A stretch of 57,608 nucleotides of DNA from Octopus bimaculoides (GCF_001194135.2 NC_068992.1:31123847-31181454); one strand, 5' to 3'. Counted from the stretch's first letter, positions 38,217 to 52,319 are shown. The notes: generated by a model not told the origin, from the sequence alone. A program made the numbers and translations.

Positions 38217-38300
38217 TACACTCATGCCCTCGACTATCGCAGGTGTTACGTTTCAGAACCCCCGCAATAGGTGTAAATCCACGAAGTAGAAACAGTTCTG
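38217..38300 (+). mobile_element. Possible pogo/Tigger-type MITE end
   Basis: tacactcatgccctcgactatcgc.ggtgttacgtt.cag.acccccgc.ataggtg.aaatcc.cgaagtag resembles Tc1/pogo-derived terminal sequence. Partner end not found. Confidence 0.4.
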
Positions 38301-38977
38301 TAATATATATTTAAAAAGAAAATTATTCTTATAATTAGTATATATTTATATTATTATAAATGCAGAACAAAACCTCAGAGGAATCGACGCAAGCTTAAAT
38401 AATAAACTGCAATATTTGAACTGCGATATGGCGAGAGATAAGAGAAGAAAATGGGGATGAGTTGAGTAAAAATTTACGTATTTGAAACAGCAATAAGGGA
38501 AAATATTTAAAATCAATAACATGCGGAAAGAAGTAACCATTTGATTGAAGATATTAATACTTCGAAGAAATCCAATTAGTCATGACATGACTGGGTACCT
38601 TTCAATGATCATCGTCGGAGGTGACGAATTCTCGAACGGGAATTTTATACGATACTAATTTTTAATGAAATTAACATTCAAGCAGACGCCATCTAGTTTA
38701 ATAAAGGTCTTAGCAAACTGCATGCTGTTGATTTTTCTCCCATTGTATGGTAATGAATAAAGCGTAGGACAAACTATAATTTAAAGTCACCAAGAATTTG
38801 GTTACTGTTTGAATACAAAGGAATTAGTTTTAAGTTTAATTTAACAATAAGACTGAATAAATACACATATATATTCTCTCTCACAGATATATGCATATGT
38901 ATGATGTATGTACATATAAGGAGAGAGAGGATACTAGAGCATGTTAGAGGGAAGGAGTGAGATAGCGAGAGAAGCAC

Positions 38978-39026
<49 letters not shown>

Positions 39027-39917
39027 AAAAAGAAAAAAAGAGACAGACAGATTGAGAGGTTGGGTTCTAGGAAGCTATGCAACAATTTTATATTGTATCA
39101 TGATGGTGCACTTAGGTTAAATAGGTGGTGAATCCAATAATTGGATCTAGATCGAATAAATTTCAAACAAAATTAGTTTTTATTTTGCGTTACTTTAATT
39201 TGTTATTGTAAAAGAAGTAACATTGCATATTTAATTGTATATTTAAATCGTTAAAATTTCTCACTGACGTGTTCAAGGATGGATGTGACATTTTGAGATT
39301 AATAGCAGAATATACGAGGTTCCAATACTTCCATTTACAAGTCGATATCTTTACACAATGCCACATTAATCCTCAGAGAAGAGAGGAAAACAAATACATG
39401 TGTGGAAAGAATATAAATGAATATGTATAGTTACAAAAGTTTACAGGAGTAGAAAATATGTTTGGTCATTGTAACCTAATTAATGACAGTACGATAAATA
39501 AAATTGTGCACTTCATATCCGCCTACTCCATTTCTCTTTCTCGTATAATCAGACATCTACAGGCAACATCAAACTTGATAGCGATTTCTTTAATCTAGTG
39601 AAGGCTATATCTGTGTAATGCAAAATAATATATACACAGAGCAGTGCATTTCGATTACCAGCGCTTTCAGTGTTGACACAAATTCTCAACCAACAGACAA
39701 GATGCAATGGCGTAAATACCTTCGTGAGTTAGTTTAGCCAGCATAAAACTCATTTGTGAATCCACCACCATTAAGCACACCAGAGATTTAAGGACATTAT
39801 TGTGTACCTGGCTTATCTGAAATAGAAAACGTCAATTGCGATTATTCACATACGCCATAGAAACCGGGAAACCGGGCCCATGAGCTTGGTTAGACTTTAA
39901 AAGGGCGCAAAAAATAA

Positions 39918-40184
39918 TAATAGACAGCACATCAGAAAGTGAGAAGTGCAACAGAATAGACAACACATCACAAAGTGATAAGTGCAGAATCTGTGGACAA
40001 CACGGTGAAACCGTTTGGCATATTACCAGCCAATGTACGCCACTAGCCCAGAAGGAATATAAGAGACGCCATGACAATATAAGCACGCTTATCCGTTGGA
40101 CACTTTGCAACAAGTACTGACTTGACAGAGCAAAAACTTGGTACGAAGACAAACCTGAAGGCATTGTCGAAAATAGAAATTGCA
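39918..40184 (+). mobile_element. R4/Dong fragment (CCHC finger region), same subfamily as 358-3349
   Basis: DKCRICGQHGETVWHITSQCTPLAQKEYKRRHD. Begins after aataataat with a ~36-bp duplicated start. Confidence 0.82.
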
Positions 40185-42860
40185 CACGGCGCCTGAAATA
40201 TGCGGCAGCAACATTCAAAACTGAAATGATTTTGTGTCTCTAGGGCTCACTGTATACATCCTACTGATGATATTAGTATTCCTTTGCCTTGGTCTCAATG
40301 TTCTAGTGCGTTCGCTAAACATCTAATGCAGCGAAATGTTAGGATACAAGTGGTTCCTTGCATCATCATGATGCTCATTCAGTTTGAACCATACAGTTAG
40401 GTTAGTGTCACGGTCTCTTTGTGCCTGAGCAGCTTGCTGAGCGCTGCTTCTGTGAAATTAAACTATTTGCTGGTTTTCAAGATACACTGCATGTCTGTAG
40501 ACAGTGTGAGATGTGTCATGTAGCTAGAACCCTGACAGTCTCCACATAGCTTCCGGAGGAGAAACATATCGGCAAGCAAGATAATTAGTAATTTCATCAT
40601 GAGCTTGATTCTGCTCACGATCTGCCGATGGGTTGTCTCTTACTTCAACAGAAGCACATTCACGTCCCTTGTACACCTACTTGAAGATATATTTAATGCT
40701 TTTCACGGACAAGTTTCTACATGAATGTGAGCTCTACTTTTTCAGCAGGTAGACACTGTACGGTAAAACTTTCCTATTATCATCCGAGTGACGTCCAGCT
40801 TGAACTTTGACTTCACTATTTTGTCTTCTGTACTCTGGATAGCCATTCAAATTCAGAAACGTTTCATCTCTGTAGTCTTTTGGGTATTTCTTTTGACATG
40901 AGCCATTTTCCATGCAAGGGGAAGAAGGATTATCTGTTCCGCAAGGACCATGTATCATGCAAGACTCGATCATCATTTGCATCAAGAATTTCATCTGTCT
41001 CGATCCTGTCATTGCTGTTTCTGAGTTTGTCCTCATTTCTTTACACTACCAACATGTGTCAGTGGGGAAGACCGCTCTACTGAAACTCAATGACATGGCC
41101 ATGGGCCACTGGCACCCCCAAAATGTGTCGGTCCTTTATGTTCCTCGTAAGTTCAGCAAAGTGTGACTTGTATTCTCGGGCAGCTAAATATGGCCTATTT
41201 TCAGGTGTTTCATTTTGCTGTAGATTATCAACTACCTCAGGGCACTTCGGGTGGCAAGTGTAATTAATTAAGTCTAACTTAGCACATTTTGAAACAATTG
41301 ACATGGCATCTTGAAAATATTCATGCATATTCCTTCGACTGCCTGCAAATGAGGAAGGCAGTATAACTGGCACTCCTGGTTCAATATTCTCATCTGTTCC
41401 TGTGTTCAAATAGTCCATCAATCCGTTGTACCTTCAGATATTGCAACCTGCAACCTTCAACTTTGGCATATGCATCCACAACATACTGTTGAAATAATTT
41501 TCCAGGTGTGTGAATAACATTAAACCTATTCCTGAATGCAAGACGATAGCTGTAGTATTTTTGCATTGTCAGACGATTAAGCACACGTGTCTGGCGTTCC
41601 TCGACATGTTGCATCTCACAATGCCATCCAAATTCTCCATGGGGAAACAGAATTGGGTAGCTCATAGGGTGCAAGTGACATCACGTGTAAGATATTTTTG
41701 AGGAGAGGCATCTCTGGGATACTCAATAACGTCTCCATTTCCAGGAGGGGCACCATTTTCTCCAACAAACACTGCTGCTTTTTCATTGCTGGTTGGGTAA
41801 TTGTTGCGCCTGATATTGGACTATCTTCTGAAGCGGATGAATCTTCGTATTGGCACATTGACTCGTCTGGCTCACTACACTTCTTGTTGCTCAACTGCAT
41901 GCTTGTTCTTGTACAATTTTGCATAAGGATTAATTTGTTGGATAACATCATTTATTTTTCAAATAGTAACAGGGGAACACTCAGAATTTTGTGGCGCATC
42001 CATACTGTGCTACAGAGCTTCACCCGCATCAATTATGCATATCTGACCATATTACGGCTGATCATTAGCAGGAGGCAGGTTTGTCGTCGTGTGGTAAGTT
42101 TGGCTCTGAATGCGGAAGGAATACGGTCCCCCATCTTGGAAGTGCTGCCAGTTTGACTCTAAACGACAAGGGTACAATTGTAATTTCTGATATTTCTACG
42201 GAATGAAACGGACTCTTGATTGTTGCTCTCAAAAAGGATTTTTTAGTGTCTCTGGATATGGTTACACTGCAAGCACGTTCATTTTTCCATCGTAGGAACA
42301 ACTGTTATTTTCATTTCTAAACCTAAGCGCACCGCGGTATTTGCATATAATGTTCATTAATAATAGCTCTGCTCAGCACTGGCCTATGTCTTCGCACACA
42401 CTGTCGCTGCATTTGATGCCCCCTTAAATTTTCAATTTTACCAGCATTCATATATTGGGCTCTTTCTCGATATCTTCTCCTTTGGATTTGCTCATAAGTA
42501 ACCCAGTCACGTTGATTCATGTTCTGTACTCTTTGCTGAAATACGTTTCTCTGCTGCTCTTGGTACTGTGCACGCTGTTTCTCATTCATATTGTCTCTCC
42601 TTCGCTGTGATAAGTTTCTCTGTTGCTCGTGGTATTATGCACATTGTTCCTCATTAATACTTTCTCGTCTTATTTGTTGTCTCCACCTATCTTGTTGCAG
42701 GTGTTCCTCACGTTGTTCACCTTCCATTGACGCTCGTCTTAGCTGTTGGCGTTGCTTGTCTCTCTCCAGGATTTCCTGCTTCTGTTCTTTCCTTATTATT
42801 TGCCTGTAGAGCCTCAATCTCGTGCGAGCCGCTTCCTGTTTTTGCTGCTGGTTCATAATG
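40181..42860 (-). mobile_element. Helitron RepHel pseudogene: Q/R-rich N-terminus + Rep domain, helicase part missing
   Basis: HPMSYPILFPHGEFGW; KLFQQYVVDAY; VILPSSFAGSRRNM..FQDAMSIV; VIEFQ*SGLPH (HUH); MIHGPCG..NPSSPCM..GSCQKKYPK..GYPEYRR..DNRKVLPY; RMYTVSP. Confidence 0.93.
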
Positions 42861-43152
42861 GATGCAGTTTATAAGCACAAACGTAGCACAAGATAATATA
42901 TATACAAACCACGAAGAAACAATTGATAAAAATCAACTGTTATAGGCAATATTGATCTACTGTGTTTCACACACAAAATCAGACCGCTTTAAATTTGCTC
43001 AGATTCGTTACAATTTTGGTATGTTGGTGCATTTCTGAATTCGGATTATTCTCAGGTTATTTCGTAAAAGAAGAATCTAATGCTATTTGAAATTAAAGGT
43101 TGAAAATTTGGGAAAGTTTAGCCCATCAAGAGACAGTAAGGCATTAATAGCA

Positions 43153-43329
43153 CTAGCTTCTCGACGTGCAAACCCGTGCAAATCAGTGGCACCCGCGATA
43201 AAGAAAAAAAAAAAAGAACCCGCCACATTTTGACTAACATTTTATGCAATTTTAAAATTTGTTTCATTAGATATATAGCTAAAAAACTCCGATTTAGACT
43301 TTACACATATCTATACATGTATGTATAGA
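43153..43329 (-). mobile_element. Candidate mini non-autonomous Helitron
   Basis: Minus strand A|TCTATAC ... GC-rich imperfect stem (cgggtgc...gcacggg) ... CTAG|T, 177 bp. Confidence 0.5.
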
Positions 43330-43341
43330 TATGCGTGTCTA

Positions 43342-44135
<794 letters not shown>

Positions 44136-44558
44136 AGGGAGGAGCAAGCAGAATTATAACATGATCATAGTGTCCAATAGAACTCTTATGAAAGGTTTGC
44201 CTACTTGGTACGGCTAGAATAATCAGGAAAGTATTAGATAGCTGAAAAGAACGAATAGCATGGTACTATAGGTTGCAAGTAGTAAGCTCGCTACGCATGC
44301 AAGACTCCAGGAGCTGTGACAAAACCCCTGATAAAGAGAAAATAATAATTTAAAAAAATATTATTATTAGAATGATATAAAGCAGTAGTCCCCACGGACT
44401 GTGATGCTAACTAATTGGAAATGTTAACATACCGTTTTGTCTTGGATAGTCTGATGCAATATAAGTCACTGAGTCATGTCTTCTGATCTAAACCGATTGG
44501 AACTTTTATTCTGTACACAGTGGGGAAGCAAAACGTGGAAAATAATAGATAATTCACT

Positions 44559-44564
44559 AGTAGC

Positions 44565-44640
<76 letters not shown>
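44559..44640. repeat. (GTA)n microsatellite
   Basis: Direct read. Confidence 0.95.
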
Positions 44641-45914
44641 TCACATGCAACAGTAATGACAGGAATAGTATATCTTAGCATGAGGCTAATGAGCGAAAAT
44701 ATTTTGAGGACGGAGATGATGGAATACGAAGAAACATTGCAGTTTGAATGTTATTACGAGCATTGTTCCGAGAGTGATCTAAAAGTGAGCCTAAATTTTT
44801 AATTAACTGACGTAGGTCTTTCAAGTTGCAAAACTTGTTTCAGTAATCACATGTCTACGATAATTTATCTTTCTTTACCTTCATCCTCCCAGGTAGATGA
44901 TGGATTCATGAGATAGGTGCGACGCAGGTTGTCTTACTTTCACAGAACTGTTCAGTTTGTTTAAGATGACGACATTGACAAGAACAATGTGTGAAGATGA
45001 GTGAAAATGATTGAGGAATAGAAATCACCATTTATGAAAAACCACTCTGTCCCAGACCATAACTACGATCAGCAGTACGAGAGGAGGAACCTGTAACAAT
45101 GAGTAGCTTGCTACAGAGATGGATTGCTATAATATTGCAGTACGGTATATATTGGAAGGCTATTAGTATTGAAAAATGTGTGCGCCACCGTAGGTGATCC
45201 TCGGCATGGAGTTGAGAAAGGTGGAAGTGTGTTCTGATTTACTGAGGGATTTGAAGGCAAGGATAAGTTTTATTCCAGCTAGTGATATCTGATGAAGGGT
45301 GAGTGTACTTTTGCAAACCGTAATGGATGTTAGCCTAAGTAATAGCACCATATTTGTTTGCAAAAGATTATGAATAATTTCTTTGTCGAATCCTATAAAT
45401 TTCGTTGATTAAGACGCTGTTAGTTTAGAGTTATTTGATCCAGTAGAGGTTTGCAGACAAGAGACTGAACAAAGTGGAAATACATGTGTCTCAAAGATGC
45501 CTTACGCTCAGGAATGATGGACGGCATGTCGATCCTTTACAGAGAGTTACCTTTGATTTTATGAAGCAAACAGCAAACACAACATTTTGTCGTGTACCTA
45601 TATTTGTCTAGATGAGATTACAGTGCAGTGAGTGTCAAAATAATGGCGTGTATTATTTTAGTTTATGTCTAAGAGGTGGCCGTCTTGTGTAGTTTTAAAA
45701 AATGATGGGATGCGTATCACGAAGGAGGAATCAATCCAAACATCTGCATCTGACGTTCCGACGTCATTCGAAGGTTGGTTTGGATTTTTGAGCTCTAGAT
45801 CTTTAGTGCTATATTCGTTCTCTAATATAAAATCCCTAAGCAAATTTCTTTCACGTTCTAGTGTGCTCAAATGTGCTAAATATTAAGTGGGAGCAATACT
45901 GTTTTGTTACTTAC

Positions 45915-46104
45915 AACTTCGTTTCTTAAACAGAAAGGATTCCGATTTGATAAGCCACAGCATTTCCGATAAATGTATTATGTTACAGGAGACGAAGAAC
46001 TTCACTAACTTTAAAAACTGTGATGGATACAAAGAACACGAAACAAATTCATAACACCATTTGAAGTTTGATGTTATTTCACATGCAAAGATTTTTTTAT
46101 TCAC
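45915..46104 (-). CDS. Candidate exon of an unidentified host gene (phase 0 start)
   Basis: attcag| acceptor and |gtaagt donor. 190 nt, only one open frame (VNKKIFACEITSNFKWCYEFVSCSLYPSQFLKLVKFFVSCNIIHLSEMLWLIKSESFLFKKRS). Phase-compatible with 47226-47404. Confidence 0.5.
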
Positions 46105-47225
46105 CTGAATATTTATATTATTTAAATTTTTTAAATGCCAACAGATATATGGAATGCATTTGACCTACTTCAACTCATATGATTCATCGCTGCTTGTAGA
46201 AGGGCTTAATATATCATAATCTTCTAGGGCCGTAGTATGGCCTGAGATGTAACCCGTGCAGTCCAAGCTCAGCGGAAATTAATATTAAGAATGCTGGTAA
46301 CTGGCCCTTTAACCACACCAATAATATTTATTGATTATTTTCTCACTACACTATGATATATCTCATTTATCTGAAATATTATCAACGTTGTTTCTTCAAT
46401 TTTTTCTTATTTGCCTTTATTGACATAAATGCATTTTGACTTTGCCAACGTATTTGGTTTTACTATAGTTGTAGTAAATTGATATTTTTTTGTGTGTAAA
46501 ATATATTTAATCATATGCATACGTACTCCCAATCAAATGTCCAAGAAACAGAAATATTGATAGATACATCAACCAATAAATCATAGTTAATATTTACTAT
46601 TACAGCTATCAATCAGCAAGAAGTACCACCGACCATGTTTTGAAATGATAATAATAATTGTGACTGATATAATAAAATACGTTCTACTTGATGTTAATCG
46701 AAATTGAAAATGGCTTCGAACATTGATATACAGTTACAGACATTGATATGTAATTGCATGCAGAAATAACATTATATATACCTGATCAAAATTTTACGAA
46801 TTAAAATAGTGAGACTGAAACCAAAGAAATATATGCAGAGATTCATATGAGAATATGTCTAAAATGATTATATTTCCCCACATTTATTTACATTGAAATA
46901 TATGAAAAGCTGATAGGCAGAAAAAGTTAAGACGTTTAGAGTAATGATTGTGCTGTAACCTCAGGCGGACGTGCTTCTTGTGAGAGAAGTTGGTTAAGAG
47001 AAATTGTTTGACATCCCCGGTCATTAAATGTTTATATTTATCTATCCGTTCCTCTCCCTTCTAATCTCACTCGCGCTCGTAATATGTTTCTATATAATAT
47101 AGTGGATTAGACGTTTGGCACAATACCAGCATAACACAATAGAAATAGTAAGGAATGGTAAAAACGTCAATTCCAAGGTGATATCCATAATCCATGGGAT
47201 TACATCTCATGGTAAAGAAAGTTAC

Positions 47226-47404
47226 CTCCAGGACTAATTTCCACACGTTATGAGAGTTACTTCCTACTTCAATTTCATTGAGGGAACTAGCGAGGGTAAG
47301 ACATTTTAGAGTGAGTTTAACGTGATCGTCCATATCACAGGGGTCACCAGTTAGAGTGTAACGCCTCTTTAATAGAGTATCATAAAAAGAATTGAGAATG
47401 TTAA
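47226..47404 (-). CDS. Candidate exon of an unidentified host gene (phase 0 end)
   Basis: cattag| acceptor and gag|gtaact donor. 179 nt, only one open frame (NILNSFYDTLLKRRYTLTGDPCDMDDHVKLTLKCLTLASSLNEIEVGSNSHNVWKLVLE). Confidence 0.48.
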
Positions 47405-49060
47405 CTAATGTGAACTCGTTTGGCGAAATCAATACATAAGTATATCAATGAAAGAATAATTTGGGTAAAACCTTAGTGCGATGTTATAACTTATTACTTA
47501 TTAACAAAAACCACATCCTAATACCCCTATGAAGTGTAGGTTGAGCACATAGTTAATCCTACAGCTTAATTGGTCCGCTAATATTTGAATACAATGGCGT
47601 TGTTCAGATCCGTTAAATCTATCAATAACATACAGAGCAAATAAAAAAAAAATAAGGAATGAATTTCTAAGGGGCCTTCCCCAATGAATGGGCGATGAGT
47701 AGTACTTACGGTTATGGGTATAGCGTGTTTTTGAATATATCTGAGATATATATCAAATTTACAAGCATATATGTCAAATTTACAAGTCTGAATGAGAAAA
47801 ATAAATGATGAAGCAATGAATGGAAAAAAATAAACTATATTGGACTCTATCGGATGGAGGTTGCCGATTAGTATATTATTGTATTAAAATGCAGAGAGAA
47901 TGTATGCGCTAAAGTAAGAGTTAGGAAATGTTATTCCGTTACGGATAGATCTGAGTTATACTTTCAAATTTACAGGCAATTGTCCGTAAATAGAAGAGCA
48001 AAAGGATAAATGAATAAATGAAAATATATTCAGACTTATAGACCACAATTGAAGGTGGGCAACTGTACATTACGTTCCTATTTGGGAATATAGAGCGATA
48101 TTTAGACACTTAAAGTAAGGTTGAGGTTACTTTCAATTATACATAGGAGCAGAACATATTCTGCTGGATATTGGATATTTATTATCCCTTAGATGGTTGC
48201 GTAACCTCTGACTCATACAGACATTATAAATATATATATATATATGTATATATNNNNNNNNNNNNNNNNNNNNNNNNNNNNNNNNNNNNNNNNNNNNNNN
48301 NNNNNNNNNNNNNNNNNNNNNNNNNNNNNNNNNNNNNNNNNNNNNNNNNNNNNNNNNNNNNNNNNNNNNNNNNNNNNNNNNNNNNNNNNNNNNNNNNNNN
48401 NNNNNNNNNNNNNNNNNNNNNNNNNNNNNNNNNNNNNNNNNNNNNNNNNNNNNNNNNNNNNNNNNNNNNNNNNNNNNNNNNNNNNNNNNNNNNNNNNNNN
48501 NNNNNNNNNNNNNNNNNNNNNNNNNNNNNNNNNNNNNNNNATATATATATATATATACATACATGCAATACATGTATACATATACATAGTGAAACTATTA
48601 CAATGAAACTGTAAAATTGAAGCTATTTATAACTGCCTCCGTCGTAGGTTTCACTTTTGATCTTCGAGGTTTGAGAGTTAATACGGAACCAGTTCCAATG
48701 TTGCATAGTTTCAATTCTCAAACAATACACGTTGACACTTCTGGGGTCTCATAGGGTTACCATGTAAAATTTGCTTTGATTTAGTTCACCCGTTTGAGAA
48801 TCCACTGGGAACAGCCAGAGATGCACAGCATTATATATATGTATACATATATAAAGGTTATGAAGGGTAGTGGAGTCAGCCAGACCCGAATGATACAGAT
48901 AGTACTGAGTAAGTGCTGTATACCGACTTGTTTTGCCCCAGATGTGGTTGCAACATGAATGGGGAATATAACATGGGTCTTGTATTAGCGTGAGTATATA
49001 TATAAAAAGAATGAGATAAAGAGACCAATGGCATAAAGAAATTTATATTTTATGTAGAAT

Positions 49061-49109
49061 GTCTTACAGCTGTTTCAGAGAAAATTCAATGTATCCCTTC
49101 ATCGGAAAC
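49061..49109 (-). ncRNA. Minimal type I hammerhead ribozyme-like motif (U4C variant)
   Basis: gttt-CCGATGA-aggga...tctct-GAAAC-agct-GTA-agac: stem I gttt/agac, stem II 5 bp, stem III with a palindromic AGCT loop, predicted cleavage after GUA. Confidence 0.6.
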
Positions 49110-49525
49110 GGTAATAGTAGAAGATAAGGATTATTACATTTGTATGAGGACATTTACAGTAAGAAACGAGAGCGATGCGGAGAAGAAAAAAAAAACAAAG
49201 AAGAAAAAGTACTTGGAGTATAGTTCCATTCCAAAAGTAAATATCCATGTATAAAATCCGTGTGGGTATTTTCCAGTGATAATTATAGTTAAATTGGTGG
49301 ATATATATAATTTCGTATCCGTTTACTTTGTGCGTTGTTTACTTAAAGGACAGCCCGAGGTGAGTGGAAGATGTGTGTAGTTGAATTGGTGGATATATAT
49401 CATATCGCATCCTGTCTTATGGCTTGATCTCACAATCCTACACACATCTTCCACTCACTTCGGGCTTTCTTTTCATTCTGTAAATCTCCTCCTACAGATG
49501 TAATAATCCTTATCTTCTACTATTA

Positions 49526-49570
49526 CCGATGAAGGGATACATTGAATTTTCCCTGAAACAGCTGTAAGAC
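49526..49570 (+). ncRNA. Second copy of the hammerhead-like motif, stem I 5' strand lost by a 6-nt deletion
   Basis: CCGATGA-aggga...tccct-GAAAC-agct-GTA-agac. Confidence 0.5.
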
Positions 49571-49650
49571 ATTCTACATAAAACATAAATATATTTACGA
49601 CATTGGTCTCTCTATCTCATTCTTTTTATGTATAAATATATATATATAAA

Positions 49651-49651
<1 letters not shown>

Positions 49652-49693
<42 letters not shown>

Positions 49694-49738
49694 GAATAAT
49701 AATAAGAATAATAATTATAATTATAATAATAATAATAA
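49652..49738. repeat. Imperfect (TAA)n tract at the 5' edge of a Dong copy
   Basis: Direct read. Confidence 0.92.
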
Positions 49739-52319
49739 ATATGGTGGGTGAAGCAACAACCCCAGAAAAGGACCATTAAAACAACGACCTTAGCACCTGA
49801 GCAACTCTGGGCCCCTATAACAACTGAAGAGGGCACCCAGACACTGCAAAGACTAAGCAACTGGAAGGCACCTGGACACGACAAGATCCCCAATTTCTGG
49901 TTAAAACACCTGCCAGGAATGCATAAAAAGCTGGCAGAAAACTTTAACAACATACTAGCAGATCCAGAGACAATGTCTGAATGGCTCACAAAAGGGAAAA
50001 CCATCTTAATCCCCAAATCCACGGAAACGGAGAAACCACAAAACTATAGACCTATAACCTGTCTCCCTACGATCTACAAAGCCTTTACTGCAATAATATC
50101 GCAGAGATTGAGTAAACACCTGGAAAATAACAACCTGTTTCCAGAAGAGCAGAAGGGATGCTGCAAGGGCTCATATGGCTTTAAAGATCAATTATTGATC
50201 AATAAAAGCCATAACTGAGACAGCCGCAGAAAGAAGAAAGGCCTCAGTATGGCCTGGGTGGACTACCAAAAGGCTTTCGACAGTGTTCCCCACACGTGGA
50301 TTCTGGAAACACTAGCTATAAACAAGATGGCACCAATTATCATAAAATGTATAGAGCACTCAATGAACAAATGGCAGACAGTGTTACAGCTCCAAACAAA
50401 AGAGGGACTTGTGAAAACGAAAGCCATCCCCATTAGAAGAGGAATATTCCAGGGAGACACGCTCTCTCCACTCCTGTTCTGCCTGGCACTCACACCTTTA
50501 ACAGAATTGCTAAATAGAACTGGATGCGGTTACAAATGCTACGGAAAAACAGTCAGCCGCCTTCTATATATGGATGACATAAAATTATATGCAAAAAACG
50601 ACAAAGAGCTAGAAACACTACTACAGACAGTACACGCCTTTACTAAGGAAATAGATATGAAATTCGGATTAGAAAAATGTGCCAAAGCAACCCTGAAAAG
50701 AGGAAAATTAATAAAAAGTAGCAATATAACACTAGATAAAGTGGATGAAATAAGAGAACTAGACGAAAGCCAACCATATAAGTATTTAAGAGTCAATGAA
50801 CTAGATAGGATACAACATACACAAATAAAAGAACAAATAAAGAAAGAGTACTATAGACGAGTTAGATCAATACTAAAAACAGAGCTCAATGCTAAAAACA
50901 AGATAATGGGTATCAACACTTTAGCTGTCCCAGTTATAAGCTACAGCTGCAACATCCTAAGCTGGACACCAAACGAACTATGTGAAATAGACAGGAAAAC
51001 AAGAAAAATAATGACAGGATATATGATGCACCACCCAAAATCTGACATAGAAAGGCTATATATACAACGCACAGACACGACAGAGCTGGGACCTATATAC
51101 ACTGGAAGCTATGCCNNNNNNNNNNNNNNNNNNNNNNNNNNNNNNNNNNNNNNNNNNNNNNNNNNNNNNNNNNNNNNNNNNNNNNNNNNNNNNNNNNNNN
51201 NNNNNNNNNNNNNNNNNNNNNNNNNNNNNNNNNNNNNNNNNNNNNNNNNNNNNNNNNNNNNNNNNNNNNNNNNNNNNNNNNNNNNNNNNNNNNNNNNNNN
51301 NNNNNNNNNNNNNNNNNNNNNNNNNNNNNNNNNNNNNNNNNNNNNNNNNNNNNNNNNNNNNNNNNNNNNNNNNNNNNNNNNNNNNNNNNNNNNNNNNNNN
51401 NNNNNNNNNNNNNNNNNNNNNNNNNNNNNNNNNNNNNNNNNNNNNNNNNNNNNNNNNNNNNNNNNNNNNNNNNNNNNNNNNNNNNNNNNNNNNNNNNNNN
51501 NNNNNNNNNNNNNNNNNNNNNNNNNNNNNNNNNNNNNNNNNNNNNNNNNNNNNNNNNNNNNNNNNNNNNNNNNNNNNNNNNNNNNNNNNNNNNNNNNNNN
51601 NNNNNNNNNNNNNNNNNNNNNNNNNNNNNNNNNNNNNNNNNNNNNNNNNNNNNNNNNNNNNNNNNNNNNNNNNNNNNNNNNNNNNNNNNNNNNNNNNNNN
51701 NNNNNNNNNNNNNNNNNNNNNNNNNNNNNNNNNNNNNNNNNNNNNNNNNNNNNNNNNNNNNNNNNNNNNNNNNNNNNNNNNNNNNNNNNNNNNNNNNNNN
51801 NNNNNNNNNNNNNNNNNNNNNNNNNNNNNNNNNNNNNNNNNNNNNNNNNNNNNNNNNNNNNNNNNNNNNNNNNNNNNNNNNNNNNNNNNNNNNNNNNNNN
51901 NNNNNNNNNNNNNNNNNNNNNNNNNNNNNNNNNNNNNNNNNNNNNNNNNNNNNNGTATCAATACCAGCAGATGACAACGTTTCTCTAAAAGAAATGGAAA
52001 AACTTTCAAAATACAAAGACCTGGAAATAGAGATAACTCGAATGTGGAATCTAAAAACAGAAACAAGTCCTATCATAGTAGGTGCCTTAGGTATAATAAA
52101 AAAAATTTTCAGACAAATACATAACAAAAACACCAGGACTTACAAATATATATAACATACAGATAATTGCACTACTGGGTACTGCACACATCCTACGCAA
52201 AACACTTTCAATACAGTAAACATAAGAGCACCACAGCAAACCACAGCACATACCCAAGGCGCACAGAGCTGCGCTCGGTAGTGAAGTGAAAGCACGTTAT
52301 AAAAATAAAACTACTGAAC
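49739..52319 (+). mobile_element. 5'-truncated, relatively young R4/Dong-type RLE non-LTR retrotransposon (internal gap)
   Basis: NWKAPGHDKIPNFWLK, NYRPITCLPTIYK, MAWVDYQKAFDSVPH, GIFQGDTLSPLLF, LYMDDIKLY. After the gap: VSIPAD..KEMEKLSKYKDL and ALLGTAHILRKTL*. ~100-bp 3' UTR, then (TAA)5. Confidence 0.95.

Larger units (their letters stand above)
48998..49632. mobile_element. Non-coding foldback element with ~160-bp inverted arms, each carrying a minimal hammerhead-like motif (PLE pLTR-like)
   Basis: Arms 48998-49159 and 49478-49632 are reverse complements. Inner 28-bp hairpin 49353-49380 / 49438-49465. Confidence 0.85.

Noticed and set aside
38684-38700. CTCF/YY1-like gacgccatctagtt
   Set aside because: Partial match to a short motif, expected by chance in 57 kb.
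39592-39600. CTAG as the 3' end of the large Helitron
   Set aside because: It is not followed by T on the minus strand, has no subterminal hairpin, and is separated from the Rep ORF by unrelated sequence.
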